From assembly GCA_965205605.1 (NCBI GenBank), contig CBDBHE010000007.1, positions 96,001 through 160,000 on the forward strand: DNA of 64,000 nucleotides, given 5' to 3'. Below the pieces are notes generated by a model. That model saw only the letters and a program-made list of their open reading frames with translations. It ran no database searches and was not told the origin of the DNA. Every line of letters starts with the position of its first letter. The stretch's first letter is position 1. Shown in pieces: positions 39,058 to 47,716 of this stretch. This DNA is from Spirochaetota bacterium (GTDB lineage Bacteria; Spirochaetota; UBA12135; COTS27; CBDBHE01). The translations under genes and the position numbers were made by a program.

Positions 39058-41449
39058 TAAATTTCAACTTTTATTAGACACTCCAGTTGATGCTGCAGTT
39101 TTTGATTTAGACAGAGCTGGTAGTCGGGATCTAATCAAAGAAAAACAAAAGAATCCAAATTATAAGGCCGTTTTTGATAAAAAATCTCTACCTGATATGA
39201 AATGGGTTAAAAAAATGATGATTAAGTTGGATAAAGTTAAATCATTAAGACAAAGTCTACCCAAAGTTAAAGTTGATTTAAAAACAATAAAACATAGAAA
39301 ATTACCTTATCCTGATAAAGCAGAAGCAGAAAAATATTTAGTTCATTGTAGTTTTCTTAATGATTTAATCTCTCTTTGTAGGGTAGTACGGTTAAAAGAA
39401 GAACTAAAAAATGATAAAGCCTTATCTAAAAAAGTGATTGATTTGATTTTTAAAAATTTGAATTTCTATATGGTAGAATTTGCACCAGATAGGCCTTATT
39501 GGAGAGTGACGATGCGTTTTAGCAATTATAAAGCTACACGTTTAGCATCCCCCGTTCTTGCTCTTTTAGACAGGATAGTGCTTCTGCTCCATCCTTATAC
39601 CACTAAAAAGACGTTAGAGGCTAATCAACGTAAATTTGTTTGTTTAAATGTATTGAATTACACAGACCACCTTATAAATAATTCAGTTGGTGCTCAAAAT
39701 AGAGGTGTGAACTGGATGGCAAGATTAAACCATATAAATACCCATTTTTTTACTAAACATCTCTATGGCTTTACTGGGGCATTAAAAGAGTTAAAGGAGC
39801 ATTTAGCTGATGGATATGAATATGCTCCTTTTCAAAGAAGAATGGGGACTTTACCAGATGGTGGATTTTGGCATCATGGATCTCAAGCGTATTGTGTTCC
39901 CTATGGAACTGGAGACTTCAATCATGCTGTTTATTATCTTAAAAATTTTGAAAAGACACCGCTTGAACTAGATCGTATTCATTATGCAGTCTATGAAACT
40001 CAATTGTTAGATAAATGGCAATATATTATTTACAATAAAGAATGGCTAGATCTATCAATAACAGGTGGAAAAAACGTAGCTCAAATTAAACGTTACAAAG
40101 CGAAAGTCTACCCTCGGACACTAAGTAAGATGGTCTCTAATATTATGAAACTTGATAAAAGCAAACTAACACGTTTAAAGGAATTGAAAGAGCTAAGTAA
40201 GAAAATAAAAAATAAAGAGTTTGAAAGTAAGCTTATAATTAATAAAAATTTTTGGCATTGGGAATATATGGTACATCGTCGACCTGGTTGGTATATTGGT
40301 TTCAAAGGGATGTCGTCAAGGACAATCACTGCTGAATGGGATCAAAACGCCCATCTTACTAGTGGTCATACTGCGATAATGAGAAAAGGAGATGAATATT
40401 GGAGAATTCGACCGGCTCTTAATTGGACTGCGTTACCAGGTATAACTACAGAACAACTTCCTTCTAAATATTTACTAAATCGCTTCGTAGCGACAACGGG
40501 TCAATCAGATTTTGCTAATGGAGTTAGTGATGGGAAGTATGGTTTATTTGCATTTGAGCACAAACCAAAAGATAAGGTTATAGGAACCGTTCATGCTAAT
40601 AAAGCAGGCTTCTTCTTTGAAAAGGGGATGGTTGCATTGACTTCAGGCATAAACCGACATAATCGTGGGTGGGGAAATGATGTTTGGACTACACTTGACC
40701 AACGTATACGTCGAGGGGTAGTTACAGCTTTTATCAATGGTAATATAATTGTTTTTGAAGATCAGGAGTTTAATAAATCATTTGATGTACGTGGATTTGC
40801 ATGGGTACACCATGATGGCATTACTTATTTTTTGCCTGAAAATCAAAATCGAAAGATCATAATAAAAAGTGATAGAAAGCAAGGGGAAGTCAAAGACGTA
40901 TTACCTCATAACAAAAAAGGTCTTACTTATGACCAAACTGTTTTTTTGGTAACCGTTAATCATGAAAAGCAGGTAATAAATGATAAATGTTCATATATGG
41001 TCATTCCAAATATGAGCTTAGATGAAGTTAAAAAAATTACTAGTTTTCCATTTTATAAAATTATTAAAAATGATATAAAGCAACAAGCTGTTATTGATGA
41101 AAATCAAGGTATTTCACAGTTGGTTTTTTATAGTTGGGGAGAGATTAAAATCCCAAATGGTTTAATAGTATCCTCTGAACATCCATTAATCTTAATGTTA
41201 CGGAAGGACTTAAAAAAGATTTCTGCAGTGGTAGCGAATCCTTTACAGCTTAAGAAACATATGGATTTTTCTCTACATAAAAACAAATCTGCAATTAGCT
41301 TTTTTATAAGTGGTAAATTATTATCAAAAAATAAGAAGGCTATTTGTACTTATGATAAAAAATTAAATAAAACAAAAGTGTCCGTTTTATTTAATAAAGC
41401 TGCTGGATATGAGGGGGATTCTGTCACGGCAGAGCTTTTAGTTAAATGA
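38996..41449 (+). CDS. Secreted polysaccharide lyase family 8-like protein
   Basis: GVNW, DGGFWHHGSQAYCVPYG, YMVHRRPGW, NWTALPGIT, FANGVSDG, TTLDQ and WVHHDGITY resemble chondroitinase AC/hyaluronate lyase. Confidence 0.88.
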   Translation: MMFKYLLVILVMQLTVLFSYDKFQLLLDTPVDAAVFDLDRAGSRDLIKEKQKNPNYKAVFDKKSLPDMKWVKKMMIKLDKVKSLRQSLPKVKVDLKTIKHRKLPYPDKAEAEKYLVHCSFLNDLISLCRVVRLKEELKNDKALSKKVIDLIFKNLNFYMVEFAPDRPYWRVTMRFSNYKATRLASPVLALLDRIVLLLHPYTTKKTLEANQRKFVCLNVLNYTDHLINNSVGAQNRGVNWMARLNHINTHFFTKHLYGFTGALKELKEHLADGYEYAPFQRRMGTLPDGGFWHHGSQAYCVPYGTGDFNHAVYYLKNFEKTPLELDRIHYAVYETQLLDKWQYIIYNKEWLDLSITGGKNVAQIKRYKAKVYPRTLSKMVSNIMKLDKSKLTRLKELKELSKKIKNKEFESKLIINKNFWHWEYMVHRRPGWYIGFKGMSSRTITAEWDQNAHLTSGHTAIMRKGDEYWRIRPALNWTALPGITTEQLPSKYLLNRFVATTGQSDFANGVSDGKYGLFAFEHKPKDKVIGTVHANKAGFFFEKGMVALTSGINRHNRGWGNDVWTTLDQRIRRGVVTAFINGNIIVFEDQEFNKSFDVRGFAWVHHDGITYFLPENQNRKIIIKSDRKQGEVKDVLPHNKKGLTYDQTVFLVTVNHEKQVINDKCSYMVIPNMSLDEVKKITSFPFYKIIKNDIKQQAVIDENQGISQLVFYSWGEIKIPNGLIVSSEHPLILMLRKDLKKISAVVANPLQLKKHMDFSLHKNKSAISFFISGKLLSKNKKAICTYDKKLNKTKVSVLFNKAAGYEGDSVTAELLVK

Positions 41450-41680
41450 AAAAACTAAAAAATGGTGCAGGCCTGTGGGATACGGGTAATTATTATTATT
41501 ATTTATTGTAAAGGAAGGATAAAAAAAAAGTCTTCTTTTGAGGGCGTGCTGGAGATAAATTAGATTTTGATAAAAATCGATTCATCGTTCTTTAAAAATA
41601 AAAAAATTAGTTGTATAATTAACCCTATTAATAATGATATAAAGAATTATTTAAAAGAAAAGAAACAAGGAGATGAAATT

Positions 41681-42859
41681 ATGAAAAACAAACAATTAAT
41701 TTGTTGCACTTTGTTGAGTATTTTGATGTTTGGTAATCTGCTCGCAAAGAAGGCATTTTCAGACCAGAAACCAGAATATTTTGGTGACCCCAATTTTATT
41801 TTTGACGAATCCAAGTATGATGAAAATTATCCTGACATGAAAGAGTGGGCGAAAGCAGGTGTTAAGGGAGGGATCCCTTACAGGGGGACGCTTCCGATTA
41901 TTGCACGCATTACTACAAAAGATAATATTCAAAAAGCTATTGATCAAGCCAATCCTACTAAACCGTCAGTAATTCTACTCGCAAATGGGATCTACACAAT
42001 CACTAATTCTGTGAAAATGAAGTCTAAGATCATCTTACAGGGCACAGATAAAAACAAAACAATCATCAATGTGAACATGCGCCAAAAGTGGAAAGGATGG
42101 GGCAGAAAAAAAATCGGTATTTACTTTCGTAAGGTCAATTATGCTGGATTGGAAAACCTGACTGTACGTTTTGACTCCGGTGGAATTGAACCTGTAGATA
42201 ACAAAAATTATTCAGACAAATGGCGCAAGGGTATGATGAATAATGATGTAAAAAGAGATGACTTTTATGTGGCGCTTGTAAAATTCAGGGAAGCTACAAA
42301 CTGTTGGGTGGATGATTGTATGTTGCTTAATTCTGGTACCGACCCAGTAATTACTTCAGGTAACGACATGCACCTTACTTTCCGAAATAACTTTGTGGAT
42401 CGTGCACACAATAAAGGCGCAGGAGGTAATGGCTATTTTACCATGCGTGGACAGTATACATTAATATGTGGCAATACTATCAAGCGTCTACGTCATTTTG
42501 CTATTGAAGTAGGTGCTAAATATTGCGTGGTAGTAAACAATAAATTTGAAGTGGATGTAAACTTTCACCAAAGAGACAAGGGTCACAATTTGGTGGAAGG
42601 CAATAGTATACGCATCCCTGAATGGCACCGACACGCTGCCACCCATAGCGGCTGGGCGGTATTTGCAGCAGGTGGTTCTATTCACGGTGCTACAGGTCCA
42701 GGTAACCGTATGTTTAACAATACCAGCGATCTACGTAATTCTGGCCCTAGATTTGCAAATCCGGACACAGTCTATAAAACCCAAGGAAAATCAATCAGAG
42801 TCCACAGCACTACACCACCAAAACATGGCACTCTTTATGCTGTAAAGCTTGACTTTTAA
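41681..42859 (+). CDS. Secreted right-handed beta-helix protein (pectate lyase-like fold)
   Basis: Start moved from 41567 to the ATG after AAGGAG; signal peptide; WAKAGVKGGIP, IQKAID, LLANGIY, NCWVDD, GGNGY and NFHQRD. Confidence 0.75.
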   Translation: MKNKQLICCTLLSILMFGNLLAKKAFSDQKPEYFGDPNFIFDESKYDENYPDMKEWAKAGVKGGIPYRGTLPIIARITTKDNIQKAIDQANPTKPSVILLANGIYTITNSVKMKSKIILQGTDKNKTIINVNMRQKWKGWGRKKIGIYFRKVNYAGLENLTVRFDSGGIEPVDNKNYSDKWRKGMMNNDVKRDDFYVALVKFREATNCWVDDCMLLNSGTDPVITSGNDMHLTFRNNFVDRAHNKGAGGNGYFTMRGQYTLICGNTIKRLRHFAIEVGAKYCVVVNNKFEVDVNFHQRDKGHNLVEGNSIRIPEWHRHAATHSGWAVFAAGGSIHGATGPGNRMFNNTSDLRNSGPRFANPDTVYKTQGKSIRVHSTTPPKHGTLYAVKLDF

Positions 42860-43230
42860 CTAATTAGCACGAAAAATCGTTTCCTAAATTAGTATGTAGA
42901 ACTTAGGTACTAGATTTTCTTTTAGGATTTCAATAAGTAGTGTAAATGAATAGAAGATTTTTTACAAAATCGACCAAGATAAAATTGTACTAAATACTGA
43001 TTAATGTGTATACTTGCTAAAAAAGCACCCCATTTTCAATATTTATGATTTTTAAGAGAACAACTTTAGTTAAATTGATAGAAGTAATTCGAAATTACCC
43101 AATTTTAATTTTATCTTTTTATCATTCAGCTCAAATTACAATCATATCGCTCTGGGGACTGCGATACCACTGGCACATACATTGAGAATGTTTAATTTTA
43201 AAGGTTTTATTTCATTTAAAAAGATGATGA

Positions 43231-43506
43231 ATCAAAAATTATAAATGGCTCTTCTTTGCTATACTGATTGCGTTTATTTTTGCAACACCAAATGCTGTTT
43301 TGGAGTATAAGAAATTTTGGTCTGGTTTCTACTGGAACTACACAATAGCTCCAATCTGGGGTGGACAATTAGGTGATATAACTTAATTACAAAAACTACC
43401 TATTACTTTAAACAGCAAGATGATTTTTCAAAAATGGGCTAAACTTAATCTTAAGCCTAGCACATTGATCTATAAGAGTCCTTTAATATACTTTGCCAAT
43501 AAGTAA
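43231..43506 (+). pseudogene. Degraded membrane-protein gene fragment
   Basis: Reads IKNYKWLFFAILIAFIFATPNAVLEYKKFWSGFYWNYTIAPIWGGQLG with an internal TAA and no start. Confidence 0.35.
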
Positions 43507-43839
43507 TGTCACTAAAAGATTAACCATATAAATTAAATATGCCGTACTTTGGTGGAAGAGCAAGAAATCAGTTAAAATAGGCTAAAGAAAATAATAATAA
43601 ATACAGAGATGGAAAGAAAAAAGATACTAATTAATGGGAGTTATACTACTAAAGCTCTTTCAAGGAGTAAACCCTGACATCATTTCTTCAGCTCATTATA
43701 ATCGTTTTTTAGGTGTTAAAAGAGGGTATCTTAAAGTAAAAGACAATTCAAAAATTGAAGCATCATATTAATATTGTGCATTTTCACATAGAGTTTAGGC
43801 CGTGTAAAGAAAGCGAATTGGAAAAGGAAAAAACATGGT

Positions 43840-43912
43840 TGGGTGAGGACAGAATCGAACTGCCGACATCTACCTTGTAAGGGTAGCGCTCTACCAATTG
43901 AGCTACTCACCC
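43840..43912 (-). tRNA. tRNA-Val (TAC)
   Basis: Reverse complement GGGTGAGTAGCTCAATTGG...CTACC-CTTACAA-GGTAG...GTTCGATT...CTCACCCA. Confidence 0.96.
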
Positions 43913-44148
43913 AAGATTTTGTTAAATAGTGCTATCATATAATGAAAAGACTCAATGAGTCAAACTTTTTTCAAAAAATAATTTCTTATCATTTTTTTAT
44001 CTTTTAAAACAAAAAACATACTTCAATTTTTAAAAAAATCTTATAAGATAAGAAAAGCAAAGCAAAATGTTCCAAATAAAAAAAAATTCTTTAAAACCAA
44101 AGTTGTATCAAATAACAAAAAAAAGTTATAATTTTTTTTAAAAATTCA

Positions 44149-47100
44149 ATGACTGATTTTGTTCACTTACACACTTATTCTGACTACTCTCTTTTAAAAG
44201 GAATGTCTCCCATCTCTCAGCTGACTCAAAAAGTAGCTGAAGAAACAATGCCTGCTTTGGCTTTAACTGATTTTGGAAATCTCTATGGAGCGATGGAATT
44301 TTATACTTCCGTTGAAAAAATCAATCAATCAATCAAAACGCCAATTAAACCTATTTTAGGATGTGAAATCTTAATTAATACCAATCATGCTTTTTTTCCT
44401 CTACTTCTTTTGGTGAAAAATTTAAAAGGATATAAAAACTTAATTAAATTAATTTCAACGGCTTGTCTTAAAAAAAAATCAACCGACCCTTTCCCTTCTA
44501 TTAAAAAAAAAGTACTTGAAAATTATAAAGAAGGACTCATCGCTCTTTCTGCTGGTCTTGAAGGTGAAATTGCTTGTTTAATCCTTCAAAACAAATCTCC
44601 TGAAAAAGTAATCGATTTTTATGCTTCTTTATTTGGAAAAGATCACTTTTTTTTAGAAATACAAAACCATCAGAATAAAGATGAACTTCGTATTCGTGAA
44701 AAATTAAGCCAGCTTTCTAAAACAATGAAGCTTCCTTTAGTTGCCACTAATGAAGTGCGCTACCTCAATAAAGAAGATGCCTCAGCTCATGAAATTTTAC
44801 TACGTATTCAATCAAAAGAGACGATTTTTGAAACAGAAAAAAATGGAAAAATCACTCAATTTTCTACTCCTGGTACAGGGTATCACTTTAAAACTTATGA
44901 AGAAATGTTAGTTAATTTTCCAGATCAAAAAGAAGCTTTAAAAAACACTGTCAAAATTGCAGAAATGTGTCATTTAACTTTTCCAAAAACAAAAATTCAC
45001 TACCCTCTTTTTACAGTCCCCAAAAAAAAAAGCGAGTTTGAATTTTTAAAAGAAGAGTGCTTAAAAAGATTAAAAGAAAAAAAGCAAACTCTTAGTGAAA
45101 CTTATTTAAACAGACTTGAATACGAACTTGATATTATCAAACGAATGGGCTTCTCTTCTTACTTTCTTATTACAGCTGATTTTATTAATTTTGCTAAAAA
45201 AAAAGGAATCCTCGTAGGGCCAGGTAGAGGTTCAGCAGCAGGATCTTTGGTGGTGTATGCCATGGGGATCACTTCTATTGATCCAATTGAAAATGGACTC
45301 CTTTTCGAACGTTTTTTAAATCCTGAAAGAATCACCCTTCCTGATATTGATATTGATTTTCAAGATAATCGAAGAGAAGAAATTATTGAATATTGTAAAA
45401 AAAAATATGGCACCAATCGAATCGCTCAAATTATTACTTACGGAAAATTAAAAGCAAGAGCTGTTTTTAAAGATATCTCAAGAGTTTTTAAAATTGACTT
45501 TAACAAAGCCAATCAAATTTCATCTCTCATTACTCAAGGAAAAACTCTAAAAACAACTTATGAAGAAAATGATGCTTTCAAAGACACCATTATAGGTAAT
45601 ATCTTACTACAAAATGTTTATCGGTATGCTTTAAAATTAGAAGGCCTTACGCGACACACCGGGGTTCATGCTGCTGGAGTGATTATTTCCGATCGGAGTA
45701 TTGATTCTTACGTTCCTCTGACAAAAGACGAAGAAGGCAATATTTTGACTCAATATGAAGGGGGTCTTCTTGAAGAAAAATGTGGTTTAATAAAAATGGA
45801 TTTTTTAGGCCTCAAAACACTTTCTATTTTACAAGAATGCATCACTCTTATTAAACAAACTAAAAAAGAAACCATTGATTTAGAATCAATTTCCTTAAAA
45901 GATCTCAAAACCTATTCCTTGCTTTCAAAAGGAAACTCTTTAGGTGTTTTTCAGTTTGAATCTTCAGGGATGAGGCAATGTCTAAAAGAATTAAAACCCA
46001 ATTGTCTTGAAGACTTAACAACGATGAACGCCATGTATCGTCCAGGTCCAATGAGTTGGATTTCTATTTATATCGCTAAAAAACATCATAAAAAACCACG
46101 TTTTGAAGACCCAAAGCTTAAATCAGATTTTGAAAAACATGAAAAACTTTTAAAAAAATATCCCGTATTAGAAGAAATCTTAAAAACAACCAATGGAATC
46201 CCTATTTACCAAGAACAAATTATGGAAATAGGTAAAAACTACGCTGGGCTTTCTTTTGGAAAAGCAGATTTGATGAGACGAGCTATGGGGAAAAAAAAAA
46301 TTAAAGAACTCGCTAAAATCGAAAAGGAATTTATCAAAGGAGCTGAAAATAAAGGTTATCAAGGCAAAGATTCAAAGTTTTTATTTGAAAAAATTATTAT
46401 GCCTTTCGCCGGCTATGGTTTTAATAAGTCTCATGCTGTTTGTTATGCCTATATCGCTTATCAAACCGCTTATTTAAAAGCTAATTATACGGCTGAGTTT
46501 ATGACTTCTTTACTTAATTCAGAATGTGATAATACTGACAAAATTAAATTTTATCTCGATGAAGCCACTCTTTTAAAAATTAAAGTCCTTCCCCCAGATA
46601 TTAATAATTCTAGCATTAACTTTAAAGTCATTCCCCCCCACATCACCTATGCTTTAAGGGCCATTAAAGGTGTGGGAAAAAATGTTAGCTTACAAATCAT
46701 TGAAAACAGAAAAACAAAAGGAACCTATACTTCCTTTGAAGATTTCCTTAGAAAAAATAACAATAATCTTAACAAGCAAGTCGTAGAAAACTTAATCAAA
46801 GTAGGTTCTTTTCTTTCTTTAGGCGTTAAAATACAAACACTCCTAGAGGCATACCCTTTAATCACCGAAAAACTAAATGAAGAAGAAACAATGAAACGAG
46901 GTGGACAAGTAACCCTTTTTGATAACAAAAAACTTTTAGATCAAACAGCTCACGAAGACCAATTTAAAAAATTACTAATCCCTAAAGCAGACTTCATTGA
47001 TAATTTAAAAGAATATGAAAAACAAGCTTTAGGGTTTAATTTACGCCATAATGAAGTCATCCAACATTCCAAAGAAATGGTAACAAAAACCAATATTGAT

Positions 47101-47694
47101 TTTTCTAATAAAACCATTTGGATCGATAGAAAAATTGTAAAAGCACTAGTCTTTATTGAAAATATTAGAGCCATTAAAACAAAAAAAAACTCTGATATGG
47201 CTTTTGTAACCATCAAACACCCAACTGGTGTCTCAGATGCTATTATTTTTCCAACTCAATACAAAAAAATTAAAGATCAAAAAACTAAAACAAAAAACTT
47301 GGTTTTACAAAAAGGAATCCTCGTCTATATCATTGGAATAATACAAAATAATACAAAAGGACAAAGTATTATTATCGAAAAAATTAAAGAATTTATCCCT
47401 GAAAAAAAAAACCATCATCTTAACTCTGAGCCTAAACAACCAAAAATAATGCCTTCTATTTTAAACACCTTATCTATTAAATTTTCAAACAATCAAGCCA
47501 CTAAAGAAGAGCTTTTAGATTTAAAAAGTACTCTTAAAAAACAAGCTGGAAAAAAATGTAAAATTGTATTGCTTTTTAACAATGGCCAAAAAGATATCAA
47601 AGTAGAAACAAATGATGTTTTAGTTGATTATTCAGAAAAATTAATTGAAAATCTTTATAAAAAAAATTTTGTTCAAAAAGCTTGGTTTCATTAA
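44149..47694 (+). CDS. dnaE: DNA polymerase III alpha subunit
   Basis: GPGRGSAAGS, FERFLNPER, PDIDIDF, HAAGV, KMDFLGL and YGFNKSHA motifs. Confidence 0.98.
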   Translation: MTDFVHLHTYSDYSLLKGMSPISQLTQKVAEETMPALALTDFGNLYGAMEFYTSVEKINQSIKTPIKPILGCEILINTNHAFFPLLLLVKNLKGYKNLIKLISTACLKKKSTDPFPSIKKKVLENYKEGLIALSAGLEGEIACLILQNKSPEKVIDFYASLFGKDHFFLEIQNHQNKDELRIREKLSQLSKTMKLPLVATNEVRYLNKEDASAHEILLRIQSKETIFETEKNGKITQFSTPGTGYHFKTYEEMLVNFPDQKEALKNTVKIAEMCHLTFPKTKIHYPLFTVPKKKSEFEFLKEECLKRLKEKKQTLSETYLNRLEYELDIIKRMGFSSYFLITADFINFAKKKGILVGPGRGSAAGSLVVYAMGITSIDPIENGLLFERFLNPERITLPDIDIDFQDNRREEIIEYCKKKYGTNRIAQIITYGKLKARAVFKDISRVFKIDFNKANQISSLITQGKTLKTTYEENDAFKDTIIGNILLQNVYRYALKLEGLTRHTGVHAAGVIISDRSIDSYVPLTKDEEGNILTQYEGGLLEEKCGLIKMDFLGLKTLSILQECITLIKQTKKETIDLESISLKDLKTYSLLSKGNSLGVFQFESSGMRQCLKELKPNCLEDLTTMNAMYRPGPMSWISIYIAKKHHKKPRFEDPKLKSDFEKHEKLLKKYPVLEEILKTTNGIPIYQEQIMEIGKNYAGLSFGKADLMRRAMGKKKIKELAKIEKEFIKGAENKGYQGKDSKFLFEKIIMPFAGYGFNKSHAVCYAYIAYQTAYLKANYTAEFMTSLLNSECDNTDKIKFYLDEATLLKIKVLPPDINNSSINFKVIPPHITYALRAIKGVGKNVSLQIIENRKTKGTYTSFEDFLRKNNNNLNKQVVENLIKVGSFLSLGVKIQTLLEAYPLITEKLNEEETMKRGGQVTLFDNKKLLDQTAHEDQFKKLLIPKADFIDNLKEYEKQALGFNLRHNEVIQHSKEMVTKTNIDFSNKTIWIDRKIVKALVFIENIRAIKTKKNSDMAFVTIKHPTGVSDAIIFPTQYKKIKDQKTKTKNLVLQKGILVYIIGIIQNNTKGQSIIIEKIKEFIPEKKNHHLNSEPKQPKIMPSILNTLSIKFSNNQATKEELLDLKSTLKKQAGKKCKIVLLFNNGQKDIKVETNDVLVDYSEKLIENLYKKNFVQKAWFH

Positions 47695-47716
47695 ATAAAT
47701 AAGCTAGAAATTTTAT

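Noticed and set aside
41567-41680. N-terminal 38 aa of the 430-aa ORF
   Set aside because: SD and signal peptide point to the ATG at 41681
43539-43580. MPYFGGRA fragment resembling a Dam methylase N-terminus
   Set aside because: Only 13 codons before a stop; too short to support
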